DNA of 64,000 nucleotides. Source: Blepharisma stoltei ATCC 30299 (taxonomy: Eukaryota; Protista; Ciliophora). Numbering within the stretch: position 1 is the stretch's first letter; every line of letters begins with the position of its first letter. Both the position numbers and the translations under genes were made by a program. Below, one piece after another: positions 1 through 12,089 of this stretch. The stretch is taken from contig CBFDEM010000047.1 in NCBI GenBank assembly GCA_965603825.1, positions 372,001 through 436,000 of the forward strand, read 5' to 3'. The notes under the pieces were generated by a model, which was given only the letters and a program-made list of their open reading frames with translations, was not told the origin of the DNA and ran no database searches.

Positions 1-275
1 GATAAATTTTCAGGATAGTTTTCAACAATTTCTTCATTCTTGAACAATAATTGATTTTTTGATGAAGATAAAGAAGGACATATAATATTTTTCACTAGCC
101 ATAAGCCTAAGAGAAGCTTGAATTTTTTGTTTACTAATTCTTTGCATTCTTTCTCTTTGCAGTCAATTTCTCTTCTTTTATTTTCATACTCTTCAGGAGG
201 AGGAAGTGTATTCTGGAGACAATCATTAACTGCGCCTAAAACATTGCCGGGCTTTCTTATTAAAGGGCTTTCCAT
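1..275 (-). CDS. 5' part of a hypothetical protein that runs off the window (MESPLIRKPGNVLGAVNDCLQ...)
   Basis: ATG at 275-273 after an AT-rich leader; frame stays open to position 1 when one TGA is read as Trp; absent from the ORF track. Confidence 0.65.
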   Translation of the reverse strand, partial: MESPLIRKPGNVLGAVNDCLQNTLPPPEEYENKRREIDCKEKECKELVNKKFKLLLGLWLVKNIICPSLSSSKNQLLFKNEEIVENYPENL

Positions 276-455
276 TTATTATATATCATAAAGTAAAGTA
301 ATTATAATTCATTTGAGGAGAAATATAAACTAATTCATTTAGATTTCATGAAAATATTGGTTAATCTCAAATAATTAAATATTGATTCATTGATCAATTT
401 TAATAAAATGATTTTACTATGTTGTATCAAGAGGATTCAAGATCTTGAACTATTT

Positions 456-1106
456 TTACGTTTTAATCTTTGAGATTAAACCCCACAAACTCTTCAAAAA
501 TAGAATAAAGTGAAATCTATCTCCCAATCTTGCGACCGAAGATCTATGAGAACCGAATTCCCTAATATAATTATGCCCCATCACTTCCCACGGATTAAAA
601 TCATTCTCCCACTTTGATATATTTCTCTCAAACTCAACAGCATATACTTTATTATCAGCTGCAACAATATTAATTAATCTGAGGATTTCCTCTAATGGCA
701 TATACAAAATTATCATAACAAGCAAATTCTAGCAATGCAGCATGTAGACTTTCAAGTGGGACAATGGGAAACGATTTCTATTGCTAAGAAAAAAAGCTTC
801 GCCTAGACAGAAAATCCTGACTACATCTGTATAATAGCCTCCATAGAAAAAACTTAACTGTGAGGGATGATAGTTGAACCTCTTGCGTTTACAGCTGACG
901 TGATTAGGGAGATAAAGATTCCTTGAATATAATTTGAAGGTTTTTAGGTCCAAAGTCATTAAATCATCATAGCCGTGCTTGATCCATAAGAGCTCGTGCG
1001 TTTCAATTGCGAAATCTAATATATATAGTGTATCAGCAGTTGAGATGCGCTTCGGAGTGATATTGATAGGATAATTTTGAGCAATTTGAGGAGAATATAT
1101 GTGCTT
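456..1106 (-). pseudogene. Decayed kelch-like beta-propeller gene fragment
   Basis: Kelch-like words in different frames (FFYGGYY; CYDNFVYAIRG; VYAVEFE...PWEVMG); in-frame TAG at 731-729 and TAA at 1109-1107, with no 15-16 nt intron to rescue them. Confidence 0.45.
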
Positions 1107-1503
1107 TTATCAAATGATATGAGTTTATCATCACTAGACTGTCCTTTACTAATTTTGTTTTGCTCGATTTAACTCTTATATAATTTATTCACCCTTATGC
1201 ACAATCCCAGTAGCTATTTTTGTGATCTTAAGCTAAAAATTGTATTGCAACAAAAGTGTAGCCGCCAAATGGTGTTTATAGGGGAAAAACCTATAACAAG
1301 TTTGCAAAATTCGACTTGGTTGTATACCCCATTTGGCAGGTATTTTTGGGTTGAAACTAACATCTCAGCTCATACCCCAAATGGCTCCCAAGGTGAACTT
1401 CTCAAGATTTAAGAGCTACATTTTATTATATTTTGCTATAAGTATTAGATCATTTAATAAATTTATTCTATATCAAAGCATTATAAAATAAAAGATGCTT
1501 TAT

Positions 1504-3285
1504 TTAGATTTTAACCATAACTTTTTGGGCTAAATTGAACTTGAAATACCTTTCCATCTTCAAACTCGTTACTATATATATAGCTCCTTTATTATATAAA
1601 TAATAAACTTGTGCAGGATTTTTACTAATTAATGAATTTCCTATTTGTTTTCAAGAATTTTCATCCCCTATTTCACTTTCATACACTTTCCCTCCACATT
1701 CAATCAGGTAAAATCTTTCTGCTTTGATCAGTAGTTTTCTTTTTTCTGCTGCGAAATTGAAAGGAATTTTTGTAAAAGAATTGCTAGTGATTGAGTACCT
1801 CAGAATGTTTTTATTTGCGTGTCCAGAAATAAAAATATTACCTTTAAAAGTTACGCAATGGCAATAGCAATCGCCTTGTGGCATTGGATTTAAATTGACC
1901 CATCTGTTTCCTTCCAAATCAAACCTTTTTGATAGCGTTGAGATGTTACCATTAGGATTTAAACCTCCGAAGCAGTAAACGTTTCTATTGTAATAAATAG
2001 CTGATGATATAGCGCATGGTTTTCCAGCTGGCAATGTTCGAGCTCTGAAATTTTCATCAATTATCAATGAAATTCCGGAAGATGGAGCTTTTCCATAGCA
2101 GAAGAGCTCACAATTGGGAATCTGAGCTATGCAAGTATCCCAATTTAATACCTCTGAACTATCCAACGGTTTAACCTCTTCTTCTTCATTTTTAGTGTCA
2201 AAAATCATTAAATTTGTCCTATTGTTTTCTTCTTTTGTAAGATAAAGAGATGTTCTTTTATGAAAAGTAATGATATAATCTTTATAAGCTTGATTGAGCT
2301 CTTGACTAGAATTGCAAGTCTCTCTTAGCTCGTTTTCATATAATGAGCATGTTTTTCTGAAATCCCATTCGATTTCTGGGTCAATTGGATTACTTAATAT
2401 CTCTGATCTTTTAATTTTAAGTTCATTTATTTTGGAACTTAGAGAAGAATTTTCTGAGATTTGTTGCTTTTCGTCAAGACCTGATAATCTTTTATTGATT
2501 TCTTCAGAGAGACTGAGCAGCTGGGAGTTGAAAGCATCCATTTCTTTTTTTCTCTTAAGTTTGGTAGCTTTTTTTCAATCTTCAAATTCTTTTTTGTTTT
2601 TCTTAACTTCTTTAAGAAGGTCTGTATAAGAACTTCTTATGTCTGTATGTTTATCATCAGGCATTTTCTTATTTGAATTGATTTTTTTATCATGCTTTTC
2701 TAAGATTTTTTCTATTTTCGAGAATCTGCTCTCAAAAATGTCTTCAAGTTTTTCTTTAATAGATCTTTCTATTAATTTATCAATTTCTTGGCTTAACTCA
2801 CACAAAGCATGTTCACTACTATATGAATCTGAGTTTACTGAAACCAATGTTTTAACCTTTTCTATAGCTTCATCAGGGCTTAACGATAATAATTTTAAAA
2901 TTGGATCTTGCTCTAACTTTGATAATTTATTAGTTTGAGAAATCTTTTTAAATAGATCATTTAATTCTGTGGAGCCAGACTCAAATTTCTTTAAAAGATC
3001 TTCAAAATTATTTTCTGTGTTCCAAAGATTTTGACTAAAGGAATTTAAAATTTTTTTCTTTAATTTTTCATGTTCTGACTTTTTTTCAGCAAGAAATTTG
3101 AGAATAGCTTCCTTAGTCTCTGCTATAGGAATCAAAAAAATAGGGGCAAATTTATGGAGTCTTCCAGATATTTCGCAATGATTAATGAAGTGGATTTTGC
3201 ATAAGTAAGCTTCAGGAGATGTGCATTGGCATATATACTCAGCTTCAAACTCACAATTTTGCTCTAAGCATTTCTTGACCTCCAT
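1504..3285 (-). CDS. Cys/His-rich N-terminus, coiled coil and C-terminal kelch-like propeller (593 aa)
   Basis: ORFs 2575-3285 and 1651-2541 join in frame through TGA 2577-2575; TGA 1653-1651 also reads through to TAA 1506-1504; kelch words VYCFGG, RFDLEGNRWVNLNPMP, IFISG. Confidence 0.85.
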
Positions 3286-3742
3286 ATTATAAGTGATATT
3301 AGAATTTTAACTATAATTAGCATTAAATACTTCTAAGGCTCGAAATTGTTAAATGATACTTAAGCCAGCTAGTGATATAACGATGCTTAGCAAAATTGAA
3401 CTTTGTTTTAAAAGTTAATTTTAAGCATTAATATTTTTGACTTAAAATCATTTATTATCTCTCTTGCACGGATTAAGCACTTTAGAAGCTGTTGCTGATG
3501 TGCCTTATATGTTATTATAATAACAAGTAATTTTCATTACAAATTTTAATAGGAGTCAAGCGTTTTGCGAATATTTTTCAATTTAGAAAGCACTTTAAAT
3601 TAATAACGTTTAAAAATATTACATCTCTGCTTGTATAAAGGCATCTTTTTTCATTATCAAAATGCATCGACTTAAGGTGAATCAGTTTAAATAACACATC
3701 TACTTTCAGCTTGAAATGATAATATAGAACTTCTTTATAAAT

Positions 3743-5493
3743 ATGGAGGCAAAGCGGTGCTTTGAGGTAAGCTGCTTGCTTGAAGCTGAGTACACATGTC
3801 AGTGCTCATCTCCTGAGACTTATTTATGCAAAGTGCACTGGATGAAGCATTGTGAACTAACTGATAGAGACCATGCATTTGAGTCTATATTTTTAAAGCC
3901 TTATGAAGGAACAAAAGAAGGAATTCTTAAATTTATTGAAAAAGAAAAATCTAAAAAAGAGAAAAATAAAAATAAAATCATTTCTTCTTTCAGCCAAAAT
4001 CTTTGCAATTCAGAAAATTGCATTGAAGAACTTCTAAAAAAGCTGGACTCAGATTCAATAGAATTAGGAAATTTATTTGATAAAATTTCTAAAACCCAAA
4101 AAATTTCGAAGTTTGATCAAGACCCAATTATAAAATTATTGACTATGCAGCCTGATGATGCTATTGAGAATTTTAAAAAAATTATTCCGTCAAATGAAAA
4201 TTCATATAATAGAGCTCATTTATTGTGCGGTCTCAGCGATGATATTGGGAAAATGATTGAAAGCTTCATTAAAGAAAAATTTGAAGCCTTCCTTGACAAA
4301 AGGCTCTTAAATATAGAAAAAACCCTTGAGAGACATAGTAACGAAATAGATTCAAATAAAGTAATAGAATTTAATCAGATAAAAGAAGCAATGAATCATA
4401 TTTCGAATTTAATGAATGAAGCTGAGAAAACTAAGAAAGAATTTGAAGATTTTAAAATATTAGCTCAGGTAAAAATGCAAAACGAATTAAATTTGCTTAA
4501 TACTCAGCTGCAAAATCTTAAAAAATGGTTGCCTGATCTTCAGCTGCATGATTTAAGGGGGAAAAAATCTGAAATTTTAGATTTACCGATAAATCCAAAA
4601 ATAGAACAAGATTTCAAATTAACCTGTGAATTATTTGAAAAAGAATTGTTCGAGCTTCGTAGCGCTCATCCATCACTAAGCCAAGCATATGAAGATTACA
4701 TAAAAGCTTATCATCAAAAAGCTTCTCTATATCTTATTGATGAAGATATTATAGGCCGAAAAACTAATTTATTTATCTCTAACACTGAAAGTGAGAGAGA
4801 TGAAGTTAAGGTGCTTGATGGATGGGAACCATTAAAATGCGGTACATGCATTTTGGAAATCTTCCACCTTCTGGCATGACAATCATAGCTACTGAAAATT
4901 TTGATGTTAGAAGACTACCATTTGGAAAGCCTTGCTATTGATCATCAGTTATTTATTTTAATAGAAGTGTTTATTGTTTTGGAGGATTTAATGATGGCTA
5001 TTTGAATTTATCAGAAAGATTTGATTTAGATAGAAATCTATGAATAAAATTAAGCCCAATGCCAAAAGCAGATGCTGGTTGCCATTCTCTAGTGTTTAAT
5101 GGAAATATTTTAATATCTGGGTGCGCTAGCAGAAATCTTACTCGTTATTCAATTGATGCCAACAATTTCACAAATATTAATTATGACTTCTCAGAATCTA
5201 AGAGAAAGATTTTGATTAAGGTCGAAAGGTTTTATTTGATTGAGTGTGGAAAAGGATGGATTTATGAAAGCGAAATTGATGATTACACTTTTTGAAAACA
5301 AATAGGTAGGTCTATAATAAGCCATAGCTGTCCTTATCAAGCATATTGCTCTTATAATAAAAAAGCAATACATATTGGATTAAATTTACGCAGAAAGCAA
5401 TATTATAAATTTGATCTAGAGCAAAATCAATGGATAAATACAAATGAAGAAAAAAATTGGATCAGTAATAATAAAAATTGCTTAATCTGGTAG
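3743..5493 (+). pseudogene. Divergently oriented paralog of 1504-3285 with a frameshifting deletion near 4852
   Basis: Colinear with the paralog up to TCI; about 10 codons (AQIPNCELFC in the paralog) plus 1 nt are missing; homology resumes in another frame (FGNLPPSG...VYCFGG...WIKLSPMP) and ends at TAG 5491-5493. Confidence 0.75.
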
Positions 5494-5681
5494 TCATGAG
5501 AGCTACAAAATTAAACTGATTAAAGTCCATAATCTTACATATCTGTATGCAGTTTTTATATTCTTTCAATATTTTATAATTAAGTATAATTATTTAAAAG
5601 TGAACTCATATAAATATTATGCAAGAAATTTAGATAGATAATAATCAATTATATTTAAATTTGTCGAATTATATTGTTTGG

Positions 5682-8360
5682 TTAAATTCCAAATTTAAGA
5701 GATATCGAATTCAATTGATCTTCAATTTCCGAAATTTGATATTTCTTTTTAGAGTAATGAGCAAGATCTTTTTCGATGCTTGCAATTTTTGAGTTTGTTA
5801 TTTCTTTTTCTTTCTTGAAATCATAAAGTTTTTTCTTAAGAATTCTATTTTCTTCCATAATCTGCCCCATATTTTTATGAGATTCTCCATAGTTATGAGC
5901 CTGCATCCCTTTAATAGTCTTTATCTCCAATTCTTTTTCTTTTCTTTGCAGCCTTTCTTCTTTAATTTTTAACTTATTTTCAAGGCTCTTTATTTCCTCC
6001 TCCTTAACCAATAATTTTCCTTTTAGCTCATAAATTTCCTCTTTTTGCATTTCTATATCTTTTTCTCTCCTATGTATTTCAATCCATTTCTCATGCATTA
6101 TTTTTTCTTGTTGGAGCCTTTCTTCTATCAAAATCGAGGCAGCTTCTTCTTTTGCCTTAATCTCGTTCATTTTTTCGTCAAATTTTGACTCATCCTTGAC
6201 TCTTTTCAGCTCGAACTCTAAAAACGATTTTTCAACCAAGCAATTATCAAATTCCCTTCTCAAATACTCCAATTCTTCTGAAGACTTTATAGTTTGGCTT
6301 CTCTGTCGAGAAACTGAGCCTATACTAATAAAAGAAAATTTTCTTGAGGTTTCAAAGACTGGGCTTATACTTCTGGAAGGTGTTGAACAAAAAGAGGAGC
6401 TTGGGGAGGTCATAAAATAGCTAGATGTGCAGGATTGCTTGGGATTTCGAGAAAGCCTTGACTTGATTCTTAGCTTTTCTTCTTTGTTGATCCATTCTTT
6501 TTCGATTATATATAAAGACTTATTTAACTTTGCAGTTGCCAATGCGCTGTTTTCGATAGCTTTTTCTGTTTTGAGCTTAGAGATCTTAGTTTTGATCGAG
6601 TTTATGGATCTACAAAGCTGATGGACTAGATGCTTATCAGAGCATACAGATATTTCATGCTCTTTTTCTTTCAGCTCTCCTAATAGTTTTAAAATTTCAA
6701 GATCTTTCGTTGTAGAACCTGAAGGTTTTTGCTCCTCAGAACTACTAGGTGAGGAAAGAAATAATTTCTGAAGAGACTTAATTGCAGCTCTTAATTCTTT
6801 ATTTTCGTTTTTTAATTCCTGGATCTCCCCATTGCATTGTTTTAAATTTTCGTCTAATATTTTTTGATTTGCAATAAGAAACTCATTTTCATGCCTTGCC
6901 AGCTCTTCTTTTTCTTTATAGATTTTAATTGATTCCTGCATATCAGTCATTAGGGGTCCTTCAAAACTCAGCCCGGTCTGGTCAAATGATAATTTCATCT
7001 TCGCAAATTCCGCATCCTTGCTCATTTGCTCTGCAATTCTTTCAATGTTTTCTGTTTCCAATCGTGACCTATCCATCATCTGTAAGCTATATTCTTCACA
7101 AAAAGAATCAAATTCTCCTTCTGTGTTCACTTCAGTTTGATAAAAGAAAGCAGGCTGTGAAACACTTTCATTGTTTTTTGGTAATGGGATAGTAGAGCTG
7201 CAAAAATCGAAGTCAGCATTAGGGCAGTCCCAGACTTCTGATGGCTTTTTTACTTTGATAGAGACTTGAAAGTTAGCTATATTAAACTTATATGCTTTCT
7301 CAGTCCCTCCTTCACTAATTAAGTCGATAATATCTTCTAATTGAGTAATGGAAGATTTTATGTCGTCAACTCGACATAAAATTAATTCGCTTTCTGATTT
7401 TGTGCTTGAGCGGGCTCGTGTTCGAGCTTTTTTGGCCGTTTCGCCTACAACTCTTCTGACTTGGAGTCAGAACTCTGGGACTTGGCTCTGTAGATCTTTG
7501 TCTATTTGAGGCAGATCACAATCCAAGAGATTTTCAATATCAGTCCTGATTTTTAATAAGTGATGGTAGCACACATTTTCTATTTTGGGATCGTAGAGTT
7601 TTTTATAGTTTTCCAGCTCATTTTTAATATTATTTATTTCTTTCTCTTTTTGCTTAAGTTTTTCTTGATTTTCTTCAATATCAGATATTTTGAGCATTTC
7701 TAAGTAATCTAAATCTGCTTGCAACTGATTACACCTCGTGCATAGATTATCGCTGTCAGCTCTATTGAGAGTATCATCATCAGAATTTGTAAACAAAATT
7801 CTGGAATCTGGCTGAGAGACCCTAATCATTTTTTCATAGCATTTCCTTAGTGCCATTTCCAACTCAATATCAGAATAAATATCGATCGAAATGTTGATCC
7901 ACTTTTGAATAGTTTTCTCAATTTCTGATTTGAACATAGAGATCCCATAATCAGGATTCTTATCAAATTGAAATAGATCACAGTTAAAATCCTCATTTCC
8001 CCTCATAATAAGTCTTAATATGTACCCTCTCAAATCTTCATTTTCCATGCTCATTTTTGAAATTTCTTTGCAATCGGATTTTTGGGATTTTTCCTCGAGT
8101 CAGTTTCTTATTTTTTTGACTTCTTCGTATATATTCAAAATCTTTTCTTGAATCAGTTCATCATTCGAGGAAGAATTACTTGAAAGAAAGGACGAAAGTT
8201 GCGAACAGATTGTCTTAAAGAGATTGGAGTCTGATGGAGGAGGGCATGGGTCGATAATTCACTTTCTTTTTGCAAAAGAAGGAGGGGTTTTTATGGTTGA
8301 TTCAGGTTCAGCTGTTGTACATTTGGCTTTAGGAAAGATTGGAGTCATAGGTCTGCTCAT
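5682..8360 (-). CDS. Long coiled-coil protein (892 aa), function unknown
   Basis: ATG at 8360; ORFs 7467-8054 and 5682-7130 are one frame joined via TGA=Trp; E/K-rich heptads; ends in TAA. Confidence 0.8.
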
Positions 8361-8452
8361 GTGTTGAAATATGAATTAAGTTTTAATTTCATTTATGCTG
8401 CTAATTAATGAATGCTGATCTTATTCAGGTAATGCATTATTGAACTTATGAT

Positions 8453-8504
8453 ATCTAAATTAAATGCAGGCATAAAGTGTTAATGCGAATCTAAATTAAA
8501 TGCA
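8453..8504. repeat. 16-bp exact direct repeat ATCTAAATTAAATGCA (8453-8468 and 8489-8504) in a divergent intergenic region
   Basis: Read directly from the sequence. Confidence 0.8.
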
Positions 8505-8572
8505 ACTATTATGCTCTCCATTTAACCCAAAAAAACAGAATAGTCTATATATGAATTCCTAAATTTATAAAG

Positions 8573-9223
8573 ATGAAAGTCTTTTTTTACGCAGTCAGAG
8601 CAGGGCGAAGACCTGGAATCTATAAAAGTTGAGATGAATGTCTAGAACAAATACATAAATTTCAAGGCGCCGATTACAAGAAATTCCCTGATTTCGATTC
8701 TGCTAAAAAATTTTTAAGCTATGAATCTAAAGAAATTCCTAAAACGTTGCAGTCATCAGAAACTGAAGACATTGAAAAAGAAAAGAAAGAAATATTCGAT
8801 AATGCTGGAATTGTATATACAGATGGAGGATCTCGGGGCAATCCTGGGATTGCTGGCTGTGGAGCTGCTCTCTACAACTTAAAACACATAGAAGTAGCAA
8901 GCTCGTACAAGTTTTTAGGTAGGAAGCTTACAAATAACATTGCAGAATATGAAGGAGTTCTTCTTGGTATGGAGCTTGCTACTGAGCATAATGTGAAAAA
9001 ATTAGAAGTCCGTTCAGATTCTAAATTGGCTGTGTCACAAATTCAAGGGAAATGAGCTGTGCGACATCCTGATATAATGGAAATTTGGAACAAAACTATG
9101 AGCAAAACTAAAAATTTTGAGTCTTTTTCAATAAAACACATTGACAGAGAAATGAACTCTAGGGCTGACGAACTTGCAAACAAGGGAATGGATCTTATAA
9201 TTGTTGAAAATAATGAAATATAA
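8573..9223 (+). CDS. RNASEH1: Ribonuclease H1: N-terminal hybrid-binding (Cauli_VI-like) domain plus RNase HI catalytic domain (216 aa)
   Basis: FYAVRAGRRPGIYKS(W=TGA 8630)DEC...YKKF; catalytic motifs YTDGGSRGNPG, TNNIAEY, SDSKL, GK(W=TGA 9053), HIDREMNSRADELAN; TAA 9221-9223. Confidence 0.92.
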
Positions 9224-9815
9224 TGAATTGGCTTATATAAAGCGTTTTCTGGTATGGACAAAAATTTGATAAGATCTTATATTTGTAATAGATTTTTCTT
9301 ACTAAATCTCAGAGAGCAAGCATGATATAGCCTGAGTCTCCTTTGGGCTCGGTCTATATAGTGAAGAACACAATTCTTAGAAAATCTAAATTCAATTATA
9401 AATAAATATAAGACAAATATTCCCTTAAACATAAATTTAAAAATAGAATTATGATTTCCTTTCAGCCTAGTAGGTGCAGCATACTAAGGTAAAAAGTCGG
9501 ATGAGATGATTTTTGATAGCTATTTCAAAGAAACAATAAAAATTTATTGGCTAAATTACTTGACAGAAGGAATAAATTGTGAAAAGAGAGAAATTTGACT
9601 AATTCTAAATAGGAGTTTATCGAAAAACAATTGAAATTAAAAAATATGATTTCCTTTCAAATGGCTATGCATCGAAAACTTTTAAACAAAAACAATTATA
9701 AAATAATGATTTCAAAAAAATTATTTAAGTCTCTTAATTTAATATTATTCATATTTGCATTAAAAAACCCAAAGAACCCAATAGATTTCTTTATCATTTT
9801 ATTAAATAATTAGGA

Positions 9816-10535
9816 TTAAAACCTTTTTTTGTTAATTTCGAATTTTATGTCGTTGCACACCTCTTGTGCTATTGCAAAGCTTTTTTTCATCAAATCTGAA
9901 TTTTTCTTCTCTCCTAAGAAGAACTCTTGAGGATCAATCTTGGCAGCCATGCGCTCATAAGCAATTTTATACTTTTTAATGCTCTCAGGATTCTGTATAA
10001 GTCTAGTAGCATCATATATTTGTTTGGCCTTCGCTAAGGGGTTGCCCACTACCATGATATACCCAACTAGCGCGCTTTTTAGCTTGAAATGGGTGATCAT
10101 ATTATGCTTTTTTTGCAATTCCACCAAATGAGCCAATATAAGATCAGCATAAATATTAGACATTTCAAGGTATTTGTAAAAGTTTATCCCTACGCCTTCT
10201 TGTATGTAAGTAATTCCTTTTAAGAAATATCTATGATTTGGGTTGAAATTATCCTGAATTACTTTGAGCACAATATTTGCTTGGCGATCTGTAATGCTTT
10301 TAAATGTGCTAATTTCACAATATTTCAGCATTGTTAATAAATCTTGTACCGGCTTCTCATTTTTCGAGATTTTTACACAAGTTGATACGATGTCCTGAAG
10401 ATCAAAATTTGGATGATTATAAAATGAATATTCATCATGTAAACACTTATCAATTGAATTTTGTGCAGCAAATAATCGGATAAGAGTAGATTTGGCTTGC
10501 CAGGTATTCTTGGTAAAAAATCTTAGAAAAGCCAT
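9816..10535 (-). CDS. Hypothetical protein (239 aa) with a possible mitochondrial transit peptide
   Basis: Intact ATG..TAA ORF; basic/hydroxylated N-terminus lacking acidic residues (MAFLRFFTKNTWQAKSTLIRLFA). Confidence 0.7.
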   Translation of the reverse strand: MAFLRFFTKNTWQAKSTLIRLFAAQNSIDKCLHDEYSFYNHPNFDLQDIVSTCVKISKNEKPVQDLLTMLKYCEISTFKSITDRQANIVLKVIQDNFNPNHRYFLKGITYIQEGVGINFYKYLEMSNIYADLILAHLVELQKKHNMITHFKLKSALVGYIMVVGNPLAKAKQIYDATRLIQNPESIKKYKIAYERMAAKIDPQEFFLGEKKNSDLMKKSFAIAQEVCNDIKFEINKKRF

Positions 10536-10579
10536 TGTTTATTAGGATATAATAAATTAATAACAGTCTATTGTAAAAA

Positions 10580-11044
10580 TTAATAATCACTGAACTCGTC
10601 TTCTTCTGGAGCATAAATAGGCGGGAGAGCACCATGCGCATAACCAGGCCCATCCATTGTTTCATTCTGAGGCAAATAACTCTTTTCTCTGAACAATATG
10701 AAAGCTCTCGTTAAAATTTTTCTCGATAAGTGCCTAAAAAGCTTTTTATGTTTTTCCAATTTGTTAATGCTTGGGCCTCTGCATTCTGATTTTCAGTTAT
10801 AAAAAGCATACTCTAGGGGCAGTGTTTGGGCTGCTTCAATTAGGGGTATCATCCTTAGATGAAGTCCTACTAAATGAATATTCCCAAGCTTCCGTGTCCT
10901 CAATAAAGCTTGCTCTAGCTTCGAAGCGTCTCTGTTGTATCGGTATTCTGCTAGAGTTATCAAGTTCTCGTATCTGGCTATATCAGAATTTTGGCCAGAT
11001 CCTCGTGGCTGGTCTTTGTATTCAAGTTCTATGTCTTCTTCCAT
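10580..11044 (-). CDS. Hypothetical protein (154 aa)
   Basis: ORF 10793-11044 extends through TGA=Trp to TAA 10582-10580. Confidence 0.7.
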
Positions 11045-11246
11045 AATAATTATTAAATAAAGCTAATTTAAAAGCCGGTTATTATTTTGGGATTTTAATA
11101 GATAAATAATAAAATAGCTTAAAAATAACGATTCTGGTCTTATATCAATCGTGGTATGTTATTACTCACTATTATATTACAAAATCAATTTATTTTTGAA
11201 ATAAATTTTAGTTGACTTCAATTAAATAGGCATATTAAATTAATTG

Positions 11247-12074
11247 ATGGGAAATCTTCCAGGCAAGCACATCACATTCAGAAATGACGTAATAAACGTC
11301 CCTTCCAGTCCAAACTTTGTATACCGCAGAAAAAGTCAAGAGCTAAACGAGCTTACAATCATAAAAGTTTTGAATCTTCCAGAAGCCTCTTCTGCAACCT
11401 CTCCCTCAGTGGAGCCAAAAAGTTCAGAGAAATCAGGAGATTCCTCTGCGAGTGCTGAGTCCAGCTCTTCATCTGACTCCCAATCGCAGACTTCAGAGTC
11501 AGAAGAGCCGCCCGCACCATACGAACTGCTTCCTGACGGCTCGAAAAAGGTAAGAATAATAGAAACTTCTTTAGTCCAGCTTCCTCATACGAACAAGGAC
11601 GCTTTCCGCAAGCACTCTAAAGAGTTCGATAAATCAGAATTCACAAACGCAGTGAATGCTTTGAAACTCCTTAAAACCCATGTGGAAATCATTGAAGACT
11701 CTGATCACAAAGAAACCAGCCCGAAGTTCAAGAACCAGATTCATAATTTTGAGGCTGGGGAGTATAAAATTGCGAAAAAATTCATTGAAGAAAACCCACT
11801 TGAAGAAGAAACTAAAGAAAGCGCAAAAGTGGAAGAAGAAGTTGAGCCAAAAAGACCTGAAATACCACATAGAAAAACTGTGGTTTTTGAATCGCCAATT
11901 GACACAAGTAAGTCCAATGCGAATTTTGCTGACAAACTTAGACAGTTCAATAAAAATGAATTTATCAATGCTAAAAAGATGAGCATGAAGGACGATGAAA
12001 TTGCTGATATTTTAGACTCTAGCCGCAAAGAAGCCAAAATCCGCAGCAGAGGCCGCAGCTTAACATTGAAATAA
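11247..12074 (+). CDS. Hypothetical Ser/Glu/Lys-rich protein (275 aa)
   Basis: ATG 11247 to TAA; coding-like composition between AT-rich spacers. Confidence 0.75.
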   Translation: MGNLPGKHITFRNDVINVPSSPNFVYRRKSQELNELTIIKVLNLPEASSATSPSVEPKSSEKSGDSSASAESSSSSDSQSQTSESEEPPAPYELLPDGSKKVRIIETSLVQLPHTNKDAFRKHSKEFDKSEFTNAVNALKLLKTHVEIIEDSDHKETSPKFKNQIHNFEAGEYKIAKKFIEENPLEEETKESAKVEEEVEPKRPEIPHRKTVVFESPIDTSKSNANFADKLRQFNKNEFINAKKMSMKDDEIADILDSSRKEAKIRSRGRSLTLK

Positions 12075-12089
12075 AATGTAAATTATTAA

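Noticed and set aside
8573-9223. RNase H as a retrotransposon remnant
   Set aside because: No RT, integrase or LTR nearby; it has the hybrid-binding domain of cellular RNase H1
9321-9366. SECIS interpretation of the hairpin (ATGA...TGA flanks)
   Set aside because: No apical AA motif, wrong spacing, and the upstream TGAs are at conserved Trp positions
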